64,000 nt of DNA from Candidatus Bathyarchaeota archaeon (GTDB taxonomy: Archaea > Thermoproteota > Bathyarchaeia > Bathyarchaeales > Bathycorpusculaceae). Both the position numbers and the translations under genes were made by a program. The DNA lies in assembly GCA_963699995.1 (NCBI GenBank), contig CAVOWB010000007.1, positions 4,310 to 68,309 on the forward strand. The letters run 5' to 3'. Positions 20,862 to 30,334 of the stretch are shown piece after piece (position 1 is the stretch's first letter; every line of letters begins with the position of its first letter). The notes under the pieces are model-generated. The model was not told the DNA's origin, did not search any database, and worked only from the letters and a program-made list of their open reading frames with translations.

Positions 20862-21150
20862 ATACTCCTAATGTGCATTTCAAGCTTTCTGCAAACAACA
20901 AGTTTAGAATTTGCCTTGACTCGGTGCAAAATTGCTGAATCGGTATAGAACGACAACATGCTCCTTAGTGAGGGATTGATTGAGAAAAAATACCATTAGC
21001 ATTTCATAGTCAGTCCAAGCCAACTTCCTAAATGCGGGTTCGAGTTAGACTTGATAGGTGGCGCAACTCTCATTTTTGGAATTGCTTCTCCCGCATCTCT
21101 AAGGCTTTAACTGAAACGTTTTTAGCTACAGAAGGCAACCTTATTGTTAA

Positions 21151-21263
21151 GCCGGGGTGGCGGAGTGGTTATCGCGCTGGCCTCGAGATCCAATGTTGCA
21201 CAATGGGCAAGCCAGCCAGTGGGCCTTTGGCTCGCAGGGGTTCGAGTCCCTTCCCCGGCGCCA
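21151..21263 (+). tRNA. tRNA-Ser(CGA) with a 22-nt intron at the canonical 37/38 position and an encoded CCA
   Basis: Folded by hand. The acceptor is GCCGGGG/CCCCGGC and the anticodon stem is CTGGC/GCCAG. The loop is CT-CGA-G [intron 21188-21209] A. A long variable arm and a T-arm AGGGG-TTCGAGT-CCCTT follow, then discriminator G plus CCA. Confidence 0.85.
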
Positions 21264-21715
21264 CTTCCTAAGTCCTGAGCTATGTCTTGCCTTTAGGTTG
21301 TTTATTCAATGACAGTTCAATCCTGTAACTACATCATGCACGAATTTGCCCATCTTGTAAGATTCCGCAAAAACAGACCTGATTTCAGAGAAATCCGATT
21401 TTGGCCAAAAGATCGGTTTGATATTGTCAAATGTGTTCTTTACATAGTTTGATGTGCCGAGGGGTTTTGAACTGCGATGAGCCCAAACCACTTATTGGGT
21501 CCAAAAAGGAATGCGATTGGACGAAATGGTCCCTCCAATTTGCCTGCTCCATACTATTTAACTAGTTTGCCAATGCTTCTTAATCTGCTTCGACCAATTT
21601 TTCAATTGGGTTTGCGGACTACACTATCCAGGTTAATTTTCGCAAACGTGTTTTTCTTTCCAAGCATTTTTGGATAATATTTATTATACGCATAGCCGTT
21701 GATTCGTGGAGAGAG

Positions 21716-24358
21716 TTGATCCAGATTAGCAGACTTTGCTTAGTTGCTTCGATTTTGTTCTTTTTGTCTGTTTCCAGTTTCTTGACAGGTGCCGCTTGGG
21801 CCCAACCAGTAAACAATACCACGCCAACCCATATGCAGTCTGCGTTGTTGCCTTTTGCGACTTCTGAGAGTTCTTTTCAAGACACAATTCTTCCAGCAAA
21901 ATACGACCAGCAACTTGGCATAACTTTTGTTGAAAATTTTGTAAGCTTAGCCTACAACGTCACGGCTGTGGATCAAACTGATGCATATGGATATGGTCCG
22001 GCGTATCTTCTGAACGGTTTGTCAAACACGGGTTATTGGTATCAAGTTGGGCTATCGTATAATTGGCCTTTTTCAGGAATAAGCGGTTACAGTCAAGGGT
22101 TCGCTTTTAACTATCAGGTTTTTGCGCCCAATCGAACTGCAGTTTTCCCATTAAGCGGCGGCGGAGGTTTGCAGCCTTTTTCCGGTCCCGTGAACCCTGG
22201 CGACCATGTTCTCCTTGTGCTGAGCTTTCAATATGACTTTGTTGTAATGTTTGCCCAAGACTGGAATACGAGCGCTGTGGCATTTCAGGTTTTCAGCGCT
22301 GAAGGAGCCCAATTTTTTGAAGGCTCACCATATGGGCCAGCGAACCAAAATGGGTTTTTCACAGGTCTAATGACTGAGTGGTATCATCCAACTCCATATT
22401 TTAGCAACTATTGCAAAGTTACTTATTCGAATGATCATTTTGCCCTCTTAGCGGCTTGGATGTGGATGGATGAATACGACCCTTACAATTACTCTTGGAC
22501 TGGTGCATGGTTCTCCCAAACAGTCGGACCAGTTGATTTTTCTCAGAACCCAACTCAAACAAATACCTTCAGTTTTAGGGACTTAACTGAATCTTGTAGC
22601 TCTTCCGAGTTCAGCACTGGTCTGATAGTACCTCTTTCAACGTCGATAACTTTGACACCTGCCATTCTGGTTGCCCCGCTGTCAGATTCGAATTGTTTCG
22701 AGGTTTGGTACACCCTGAATGGTCGACAAATGTCAACCATTGCACAAAGTGGAACTTTGACCGTGACTGCGGACAGCAATACTAAAGTTGTTGTGTCTGG
22801 AATTTCCAGTGGTTCGTCGCTAACTGAATGTTGGGTTCTCAATGCGGGTGCTTCCAACGTAACTGTGAGCGCTGGAACTACGGCGACATTCGTTTATTAT
22901 GATCTTCTCCTTCAGATTGCAGGTTATATTGTTTCTGGCGGTGGAGATCCTCCTGATTTTGCAGTAACATACTACAGCGCTCCTGAGACTGCCTCATCGC
23001 AAATTGCCCTAACAAGAATGGATGCCTCGATTCCTTCAGCTTCATATTGCACAATAATGGCGGCGCGCGGCTCTACAGCTACTGTGCCTGACTCAATTTC
23101 GAACCATTACCAAGAGAGATGGCTAATTGAAGGCAGCTCAAATTGGACCATTACGAACGCATATCAGATCCCCGCTCGAATTGTGTATCAGCGTCAGTTC
23201 CTGCTAAGCTTTGCTGGGTCTCAATTGAACTGGAAATGGGTAAACGCTGATACTACAACGGAAGTTACTCTTCCCGGAGTGTCTGATAGATCAACAGGTT
23301 CAGGGCTGAGAGTAACGTCCTTCAACATTGACAATTCTGCCGCGACACTTGTTCGAGCCACCACTGGAACAGTGACGTTTCCCGTTTTCATGAACAGTCC
23401 CCATGTTGTTTCCATCAATATGACTAGGCAATTCCAGTTAAATCTCACTATTCCAACGGCTAATCTTGCCTACGTCACACCTCCCACAATCGCCGATGAC
23501 AATTACTGGTATGATCAAGGAACAGCAGTGAAACTCGTGTTGAAAAGCTTGACAGAGCGTGCCTCAGGGATAGGACTAAGGTTGGAATCCGTGATTGTAA
23601 ATGGAGTAATCACGAACATTGCAGATGTAAATCCTGTCATTGTCTTAGAACAAAATGCAATTTCATCCGCAGAAACGGTGAATGTGAGAACCATTAAGCA
23701 GTATCAGATTAACATCACTTCAGGATCTCTTGCGTCGATTACCGAACCCCCTGTACCAGGAGATGCAGGCTGGTACGACGAAGGCTCGCTAGTCACAATG
23801 GTCTTCAATTATTCTTGGAACTATACAATGGATCAATCGAGAGAAAACGCAATAAGCTACACTATAAATGATAACGAAATTACTCTGCTGAACCGTTTTG
23901 GAGAAGGAACGTTCCCTGTTCAAATCGCAGTAACCTCGCCAGGGAATGTCAGTGTCCAGTCCATTGTACAGTACAAGTTTTCCTTTGCAGGTGGCTTCAA
24001 TGTGATTACTTCGAACGACTCCCCTACAAATGATACGTTCTATGATGAAAGAACATACCTTGCCTTAACCACTGACTCTATGGGGAAAATAGTCAACGAA
24101 GACGCAAAACGGAAGATAACGGGATACTTCCTCGATGGTAAAGAAATCGACTTTGACGAAACGGAAAGCGCAGAACTAACTACTTCACAGATTTATTTTG
24201 ACAAATCACACGAGCTGGCTTTCAAAAGCATTGACATTAAAGTGCCTTCTGGGTTCACAATAGCGATATTGTGCACTTCTTTGTCTTTGACTTTAGTAGC
24301 GGTTATAGTTGCGGTAGTTGCTGTGGTTACAATCTTGATGTTAACGCGTCGGAAGTAG
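21716..24358 (+). CDS. Secreted, C-terminally anchored surface (glyco)protein, 880 aa
   Basis: A signal peptide ends in AAWA/QP. There are many NxS/T sequons and repeated modules of about 90 aa that start (K/R)Q(Y/F)Q(I/L)N. The C-terminus is PSGF plus a TM segment plus TRRK. The N-terminal roughly 250 aa (YGPAYLLNGLSNTGYWYQVGLSYNW) is reminiscent of thermopsin-type beta-sandwich domains, at low confidence. Confidence 0.7.
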   Translation: MIQISRLCLVASILFFLSVSSFLTGAAWAQPVNNTTPTHMQSALLPFATSESSFQDTILPAKYDQQLGITFVENFVSLAYNVTAVDQTDAYGYGPAYLLNGLSNTGYWYQVGLSYNWPFSGISGYSQGFAFNYQVFAPNRTAVFPLSGGGGLQPFSGPVNPGDHVLLVLSFQYDFVVMFAQDWNTSAVAFQVFSAEGAQFFEGSPYGPANQNGFFTGLMTEWYHPTPYFSNYCKVTYSNDHFALLAAWMWMDEYDPYNYSWTGAWFSQTVGPVDFSQNPTQTNTFSFRDLTESCSSSEFSTGLIVPLSTSITLTPAILVAPLSDSNCFEVWYTLNGRQMSTIAQSGTLTVTADSNTKVVVSGISSGSSLTECWVLNAGASNVTVSAGTTATFVYYDLLLQIAGYIVSGGGDPPDFAVTYYSAPETASSQIALTRMDASIPSASYCTIMAARGSTATVPDSISNHYQERWLIEGSSNWTITNAYQIPARIVYQRQFLLSFAGSQLNWKWVNADTTTEVTLPGVSDRSTGSGLRVTSFNIDNSAATLVRATTGTVTFPVFMNSPHVVSINMTRQFQLNLTIPTANLAYVTPPTIADDNYWYDQGTAVKLVLKSLTERASGIGLRLESVIVNGVITNIADVNPVIVLEQNAISSAETVNVRTIKQYQINITSGSLASITEPPVPGDAGWYDEGSLVTMVFNYSWNYTMDQSRENAISYTINDNEITLLNRFGEGTFPVQIAVTSPGNVSVQSIVQYKFSFAGGFNVITSNDSPTNDTFYDERTYLALTTDSMGKIVNEDAKRKITGYFLDGKEIDFDETESAELTTSQIYFDKSHELAFKSIDIKVPSGFTIAILCTSLSLTLVAVIVAVVAVVTILMLTRRK

Positions 24359-24588
24359 TTGCGGATTATAGCGTGATGCACACGCTTTCTAACTCAACTA
24401 TTGGCTCCATAGAAGTGCAGTCTGCTAATTATGTTGGCAAATGAGGGTTCGAATGTCTTCCCCCACATCAATTCCTGCAAAACAAAGGAAAAAGAGAAGG
24501 AAGAAGCAATGGTTGCTGATAGCTATTTTACAGCCATCACAACGGCTTTGCAGCATAAAAAAGAAAGAGGAAGGGAAAAGAGGAGTAT

Positions 24589-25569
24589 TTATCGTAGAAA
24601 GTCGTCGAAGGTCCAGTAGTGATCTTCTTCCTGACTGATTATGTCCTCGAACAAGCGCCTTGTCTTGCTGTCCCCAAGTTTCAAGGCTTCGTCAACGATT
24701 TTTCGGTAAAGAACCAAAGCATAATTCTCCGCTTCATGGTCCAGCTTCAAAAAGTCATCTGCGTTTTCGCCGATCTGCGGCAATGGATCAGGGTTATAGG
24801 TGGCTTCGCCGTCCAGTAGGTATATGCGTTCCGCTATTTTTTCCATGTGGTCCATTTCCATCATGAAAATGCCTTTGAGTATGTCGCTGACGGCTTTGGC
24901 TTTGTTGTTTTCCTGTACGACTTCAAGCGGAGTGCTCTTCATTCGTAGCCTCAGATAGCTTGCCTTTTCATGTTGGTTCGTGTATTGGATGATGGCGGAG
25001 ATTTCTGCAGCGACTGCCTTGTTAAGCAAGTCGAAGTAGTCTGGTGAGAAGATTTTTCGCCATTCCGAGATGGGCACCTGACCTGGTGTCTCGGCCTCGT
25101 CTTCAAAGTCCGTGTATTCTTGGAACTTGAAGAGATGTTTTTCCTCGTCGCTGTAGATTTTTTCGAATAGTTCGCGGGTTTCCCAGTCTTCGAGTTTTCC
25201 TGCTTCATCGATAATTTTCCGGTAAAGAATCAGTGCTTCCTCCTCAGCTTTGACGCCATTCTTGGCGAATTCACTTAGGCTATTGCCGATAGTGGGTTTG
25301 TCTGATTTAGTGGTTGCTTTTCCGCCGAGATAGTAGATGCGTTCCATTATGGCTGCGGCGTGCTTCATTTCCGCAACGGCGAATTCGCGTAGGAACTTTC
25401 CTATGGCATCGTAAGTTGTTTTGTCTAAGAGGAAGTTTTCGGGGATCGTTCTACGCATAAGCTTCTCCATTTTCGCGTGTTGAAGCATGTACTGAACAGA
25501 AACCTGGATTTCCCGTGAAACTGCTTGGTTTAGAAGGTCAAAATACTCTGGCGTAGTTTTGGCTGCCAT
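24589..25569 (-). CDS. Tandem (duplicated) ferritin-like/bacterioferritin-like di-iron protein
   Basis: Two repeats of about 150 aa each keep the E, ExxH, E, ExxH ligand set. Repeat 1 has REIQ, AEMKH, AEEEA, DEEKH. Repeat 2 has AEIS, MEMDH, EAENY, QEEDH. Confidence 0.75.
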   Translation of the reverse strand: MAAKTTPEYFDLLNQAVSREIQVSVQYMLQHAKMEKLMRRTIPENFLLDKTTYDAIGKFLREFAVAEMKHAAAIMERIYYLGGKATTKSDKPTIGNSLSEFAKNGVKAEEEALILYRKIIDEAGKLEDWETRELFEKIYSDEEKHLFKFQEYTDFEDEAETPGQVPISEWRKIFSPDYFDLLNKAVAAEISAIIQYTNQHEKASYLRLRMKSTPLEVVQENNKAKAVSDILKGIFMMEMDHMEKIAERIYLLDGEATYNPDPLPQIGENADDFLKLDHEAENYALVLYRKIVDEALKLGDSKTRRLFEDIISQEEDHYWTFDDFLR

Positions 25570-26550
25570 TACAAATCACAACTCTACTATAAAACGTAGA
25601 GTGTTAGAGTATAAAAGACTTGCGCGCTTCTAAACCACGCAATTTCAGGTCAGATGAATCTTCTGCGTTGCTCCATACCCAAGTTCATTTTTTGCGAAAG
25701 ATGTGGTTCGAGGGAAGTGGCTTGTTCCAAAGAAAGAAAAAAATGAGGGGCGCAAAGTGTGCCTTTGTTAGGGGGATTCCTTATTTTTTCTTTACCGCTT
25801 TCTTCACTGCTTTCTTTGCTGTCTTCTTGGCCAAGAGTTTAACCTCAGGGATTTCTATTTGTGTGGAATTTGTATTTAAGATTTGCTAAAGTCTCAGTTC
25901 AAGACCTAGGAGCAATAACTCGAGCAAATACCGCCCTAACTAACCAAAAGGAGATTTTTTAAACTCCAATTAGGTAATGCAGCCTAATGAGTAACAATAT
26001 GACTGCATTATCGACCAGTTTTTAACAGAATTGTGTTAATTCGTGAATTTGTCAAAAAAGCCTGTTTTCCGAAGAAAATAACCCATTTTTCCTCTTGGAG
26101 TCTACACGACGTTTGAAACGTTTGCATTGGAATCCGCAAACAACGGTGGTCTGCAGCTCTTGGGGATTTTTTGCAGTTCCGAGACGGTTGCCTTTTAACT
26201 CTTCTGATTAATCAGATGTGCCGCGCTAGTGTGTCAGAGCCACTGTTGTGTTTTCATACATGCTTCGGTTGGGACAACCCTTCCGGCGACGACACCGATC
26301 CAAGAACAACCTCTCTTATTCCACAATGCTGCGCCGTTTTTGTGTCTCCTTCTCTGAATAGAAGAACAGACGCAATCAATTTCAAAACCCGCTTTTGTGC
26401 ATTGATTTTGACCGATTCGGTTTATTCATCGTCTTCACTATTGACGTGGATTACTTTCAGCATCCAAAGTGTTGAAAGGTTCGTGGTCCGATTGGAGTTG
26501 CCCGCTCGCCATCTCAGGGGAAGGCGTCACTCGGGGGAGAGTTACGGAAA

Positions 26551-26581
26551 CTTTTATTAGCCTGTGTAAAAAATTACACAG
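26551..26581 (+). promoter_or_regulatory. TATA-like CTTTTATTA followed by perfect inverted repeat CTGTGTAA-AAAA-TTACACAG
   Basis: Read directly from the sequence. It lies 38-68 nt upstream of ATG 26619, and the palindrome sits where an archaeal repressor would block TBP/TFB or RNAP. Confidence 0.4.
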
Positions 26582-26618
26582 CGATGCAGTAATCTACATA
26601 GGAGTGCGCGGAAAAGGG

Positions 26619-27431
26619 ATGAACCTGAGACTTACAACCAGACAAATTGCGCTCATGGCAGTATTTGCCGCATTGTTTTACGTTCTTTCGCTCATAGCAC
26701 CCATCCGAATTCCCGTTCCCACCATAGGAACAATGGAAATCAGTTTCGCCGCACTTATTGCCACTGTATTTGGAATCGTTTTAGGTCCTTACCTGGGCGC
26801 TGCAGCGGCTCTTTTAGGTTCATCAGTAAGCTGGGCGCTGACTGGCATGAGTCCCTTCGGTTTACCTTTCGTACTAGCTCCGGTTCTAAACGCGTTAGTT
26901 TCCGGGTTCATCTTTTACAAGAAGTGGAAGTGGGGTTTCCTCGTCTTCGCTGCCATGGTCATCGTGTTTCTGTTCACACCCCCAGTTACGCCGCTGACTG
27001 AGAACTGGTACATAGCCTTAGCAGTTTTGTTCGACAAAGTAATTACCCTGGCTTTAATTGCGCCTATTGCTTTGCTTGCGAGAAGGATGTCAGTGGGACA
27101 TGCTGCAGCATTCTTCTTCCTGCTGGGATTTGTGGGAAATCAGGCTGACAATATGTGGGGGTCGATGGCTTTCGCGCTGCCGGGCGTGTACGACAACATC
27201 TTCTTTATGGACATAGCCGGAGTTCGGCTTGCATTCCTTGCAAGCCCGTTCCTATATCCTGCTGTGAGGCTTGTGGAAGCAGTGATTGTCATGATTATTG
27301 CGGTTCCATTGATGCAGGCGCTTAAGGGGACTCCTTGGCTGTGGAGAAAAGACAACATCCTTTCTAACAACGGAAAATCGCAGAATTTCCTCAACAAAAA
27401 CGCTGAGACCACTGTCTTAGGTCAAAGCTAA
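26619..27431 (+). CDS. Polytopic membrane protein resembling an ECF-transporter S component (vitamin/precursor uptake)
   Basis: LTTRQIALMAVFAALFYVLSLI...GIVLGPYLGAAAALLGS is the typical N-terminal pattern of S components. About 6 TM segments. No substrate can be assigned. Confidence 0.5.
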   Translation: MNLRLTTRQIALMAVFAALFYVLSLIAPIRIPVPTIGTMEISFAALIATVFGIVLGPYLGAAAALLGSSVSWALTGMSPFGLPFVLAPVLNALVSGFIFYKKWKWGFLVFAAMVIVFLFTPPVTPLTENWYIALAVLFDKVITLALIAPIALLARRMSVGHAAAFFFLLGFVGNQADNMWGSMAFALPGVYDNIFFMDIAGVRLAFLASPFLYPAVRLVEAVIVMIIAVPLMQALKGTPWLWRKDNILSNNGKSQNFLNKNAETTVLGQS

Positions 27432-27711
27432 TAACTGGGTCAGACTATTTTCGAGTAAGGTTCAACTTGTTCCGATCTGTCAAAGTTGTATCTGTTGTAG
27501 TGTCCATACAGTCACATAATATTATATCGCTTTCGAGAAGTAACTGTATTCAGTGTCCTGAACCGTAAGCGTTGCATCGAGGCTTGGCGGGTCAGGCTCC
27601 AACGAAACGCGGAAGAAAATCTGTCCCCTCTCTCCGAACAAATTTTGAGTCCGCGCGGAGTTAATGAGCCGGTACCCGCCAACCCATAATTTTTGGCCTT
27701 GAAGTGAATCT

Positions 27712-28473
27712 CTATTCTTCTCTTTCTTCCTCAGATGCTGCTTTCATGGTCTGAGCTATTCTCTGCGATTTGGAGCCGCTTTTGGGAGACAACAATTCCT
27801 CTACAAGTTTGTATTGGCGCTGGTAGATGTGGCAGTTCTTGCTGTGAAAAACTAGCTTCCCCGTATCGATGTTGAGGTTGCCTCGGCTGTTGATTTCTTT
27901 TACGAAGGCTTCGTTGAACAGCTGCAGTCCTGCGATGTTTGCCGGCAAGCCCGCGTAGGCATCCCAGCTGCGGAAGTAGCAGGTTAGGTGCATTTTGTTA
28001 TCGAGGATTTCTGTGTCTATGAGACTTAGGCAGGGTGGCTCCGACTTCTTTGTGCCCACGTACTTTTTGATGTCTTCGGGCAATCGGATGACCATTGTTA
28101 CTTGTCTATCTCGTTGTTCATCTGCATATCGTTTCACGGCTTCTTCAATCTGGTTCACGGGGTGATTAAGCCTACTGCCGTATGTGTATGGTTCGTCCTG
28201 TTTTTCACCGCACCAGAGATATTCGAGCGCGTAGCCTTGGACGTATTTGATGTCGCAAGGTGCTTTGTCGCTCACAAGGGGGCGGTTCTCGGGGTGGCAG
28301 ATTTCAATTGTGAGGTTGAGTTTTTTGGTTTCGGTTTCTTCTGATCCGAAGCCCACGCGGAAAATGTCGCCTTCTGTCCATATATGACTGAGCGCTTTGA
28401 ACCAGGCATCTGGCAGGTCGAACGTCGAAATCTTCACGTGCTTCAAAGCAGTCTCCTCCGAGACTTTTTCCAC
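27712..28473 (-). CDS. thyA: Thymidylate synthase (ThyA)-family protein, archaeal type
   Basis: TYGSRL, a catalytic-type Cys in EPPCLSLID, and RSWDAYAGLPANIAGL are motifs of the ThyA/dCMP-hydroxymethylase fold. Confidence 0.7.
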   Translation of the reverse strand: MEKVSEETALKHVKISTFDLPDAWFKALSHIWTEGDIFRVGFGSEETETKKLNLTIEICHPENRPLVSDKAPCDIKYVQGYALEYLWCGEKQDEPYTYGSRLNHPVNQIEEAVKRYADEQRDRQVTMVIRLPEDIKKYVGTKKSEPPCLSLIDTEILDNKMHLTCYFRSWDAYAGLPANIAGLQLFNEAFVKEINSRGNLNIDTGKLVFHSKNCHIYQRQYKLVEELLSPKSGSKSQRIAQTMKAASEEEREE

Positions 28474-28493
28474 AGAGAGTAATTTGGGATCTG

Positions 28494-28505
28494 CAATAAT
28501 ATAAG
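28494..28505 (-). promoter_or_regulatory. TATA box (CTTATATTATTG on the minus strand) for thyA
   Basis: It lies 21-32 nt upstream of ATG 28473, which implies a leaderless or near-leaderless mRNA. A T-rich tract, the probable thermosome terminator, precedes it. Confidence 0.45.
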
Positions 28506-28568
28506 ACTGGTGTAAATTAAATCTTGAAAAAACAACAAAAATAAAAAGAAAAGAAGATGATGGTTGGC

Positions 28569-30248
28569 TTAGTAGGGCATTCCGCCCATGCCGCCGCCCA
28601 TGCCACCCATACCGCCCATTCCTCCCATACCTCCTGGGGGCATCGGTGGAGCTTTACCGCCAGTTCCTTTAATCGAGATCAAATCGTCGATTTTCAGAAT
28701 CATGTTTGCGGCTTCAGTGGCTGACTTGATAACCTGCTGTTTCACGCGTAGCGGCTCAAGTACGAGTTCTTTTTGCATGTCGATGATTTTGCCCGTAGTG
28801 ACATCGATGCCGAAGTATTTGGAGTCTGCATTCTCGTGTTTCGCTCGGAGAGCTACCATGATGTCTATAGGGTCTAGGCCTGCGTTCTCCGCAAGCGTCA
28901 GAGGGATGGATTCGACGGCTTCTGCGAAGGCTTCAACCGCGAGTTGTTCTCGTCCGCCGACCTTCACTGCGTAAGCTCGGAGGTTTTTGGCAAGTTCCGC
29001 TTCGGGTGCGCCCCCGCCTGCAACGATTTTCTCGTCTTCCACAACATTGCGGATAACGGACAACGCATCGTGTAAGCTGCGCTCGGCTTCGTCGATGACG
29101 TGGGTGCTACCTCCGCGGATGACAACTGTGACGGCTTTGGGGTTCTTGCAGTCGCGGATGTAGAGGAGTTTGTCATCGCCGATTTTGACTTCCTCAACCT
29201 TCTTGGCTTTACCCAAGGCGTCTGCAGTAATGTCTTTGATGTTGCTAAGGATTTTGCCACCCGTGGCACGTGCCAGCTTTTCCATATCGCTGCTGCTCAC
29301 GCTTTTAACAGCCAGAACGCCCGCTTTGCCAAGGAAATGTAACGCCATATCATCAATGCCTTTCTCGCACAAGACCACGTTAGCACCAGCTTTCGTGATT
29401 TGAGTAGTCATCTCTCTGAGCATGCGTTCCTCTTCGTCGAGAAACAGCTTCATTTGGTCGGGGCTTTCGATATTGATTTTAGCATCGAACTCTGTTTTCT
29501 CGATTTCAAGCTTAGCGTTGAGTAATGCAATTTTTGCGTTGTCGATGAGTTTGGGCATTTGGCTGCTGGCGATTTCTTTATCTAGAACCATGCCTTTGAC
29601 GAGTTCGGTTTCCTCGAGGCTTTTACCGTGCTTCTTGACGACTTTGATGAGGTCAATATCAGCTTTCATTTTCCCGTCGAACGGCTCGGCGACTTGCTTT
29701 ACTGCGTCTACCGCAATTTTTGCAAAAAGTTCTTTTGCGTTTTCGATGCCTTTGCTGGACAAGCTTGTGAATGCGACGTCCCGCAGGGTTTTCTCATCAG
29801 TAAACTTCACGGGTATGGCGATTTTATCTAGAATCTCCAGTGCTTTGTCTGCGGCTTTCTTGAAGCCTTCGATGATGACCGTTGGGTGCACGTTTTTGTC
29901 CAACATGACTTCCGCTTTTGAAAGTAGCTCTCCAGCCAAGATCACAGCGGTCGTTGTTCCATCGCCAACCTCATTGTCTTGAGCCTTTGCAACTTCAACA
30001 AGCATCTTTGCCGCTGGGTGCTGAACATCAAGCTCCTTCATGATGGTTGCGCCGTCGTTAGTTATGGCGACGTCGCCGAAGCTCGTCACAAGCATCTTGT
30101 CCATACCACACGGACCAAGTGTGCTTTTGACGGTTTCAGCTACAATTTTCGCAGCCATGATGTTGTTTTTGAGTGCTTCGCGCCCGGTCGATCTTCCGGT
30201 GCCTTCTTTTAATACTAAAATTGGGACTGATCCTCCACCTTGAGACAT
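28569..30248 (-). CDS. ths: Thermosome (group II chaperonin) subunit
   Basis: 559 aa. GPCGMDKML and [15 protein letters not shown] are present, and the C-terminus carries a GGM-repeat tail. Confidence 0.95.
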   Translation of the reverse strand: MSQGGGSVPILVLKEGTGRSTGREALKNNIMAAKIVAETVKSTLGPCGMDKMLVTSFGDVAITNDGATIMKELDVQHPAAKMLVEVAKAQDNEVGDGTTTAVILAGELLSKAEVMLDKNVHPTVIIEGFKKAADKALEILDKIAIPVKFTDEKTLRDVAFTSLSSKGIENAKELFAKIAVDAVKQVAEPFDGKMKADIDLIKVVKKHGKSLEETELVKGMVLDKEIASSQMPKLIDNAKIALLNAKLEIEKTEFDAKINIESPDQMKLFLDEEERMLREMTTQITKAGANVVLCEKGIDDMALHFLGKAGVLAVKSVSSSDMEKLARATGGKILSNIKDITADALGKAKKVEEVKIGDDKLLYIRDCKNPKAVTVVIRGGSTHVIDEAERSLHDALSVIRNVVEDEKIVAGGGAPEAELAKNLRAYAVKVGGREQLAVEAFAEAVESIPLTLAENAGLDPIDIMVALRAKHENADSKYFGIDVTTGKIIDMQKELVLEPLRVKQQVIKSATEAANMILKIDDLISIKGTGGKAPPMPPGGMGGMGGMGGMGGGMGGMPY

Positions 30249-30313
30249 ATCTTTTTCACCAGATTTCCATCGTTCAACAATCGTATGATACTAAACGGAA
30301 AAACAAAACCTCT

Positions 30314-30327
30314 GAATATAAATTTTT
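30314..30327 (-). promoter_or_regulatory. BRE/TATA-like element (AAAAATTTATATTC on the minus strand) for the thermosome gene
   Basis: Located about 70 nt upstream of ATG 30248. Confidence 0.4.
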
Positions 30328-30334
30328 CCACGCG

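Noticed and set aside
21151-21263. tRNA-Ser as the attachment site of the integrase at 6455-7726
   Set aside because: They are 13 kb apart, with core replication genes between them. No repeat of the tRNA 3' half was spotted near 7.7 kb or elsewhere.
21032-21271. 79-aa ORF overlapping the tRNA-Ser gene
   Set aside because: It spans a well-folding tRNA. The GC-rich tRNA sequence creates a spurious open frame.
26470-26545. CUGAGA plus GAACC strings on the minus strand, reminiscent of a TPP riboswitch
   Set aside because: It lacks the rest of the THI-box consensus (no pyrimidine-sensor helix or GAUC-type continuation). It is on the strand opposite the adjacent transporter and 1 kb from the nearest minus-strand gene.
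26171-26560. 129-aa ORF in the long leader upstream of the permease
   Set aside because: It is Cys/Arg/Ser-rich with no domain or ribosome-binding context. I treat the region as non-coding.
28588-30243. Plus-strand ORFs antisense to the thermosome (for example 29422-29982) and the repetitive 28572-28640 stretch
   Set aside because: These are shadow ORFs. The repeat is simply the coding sequence of the GGM C-terminal tail typical of thermosomes, not a CRISPR or satellite repeat.
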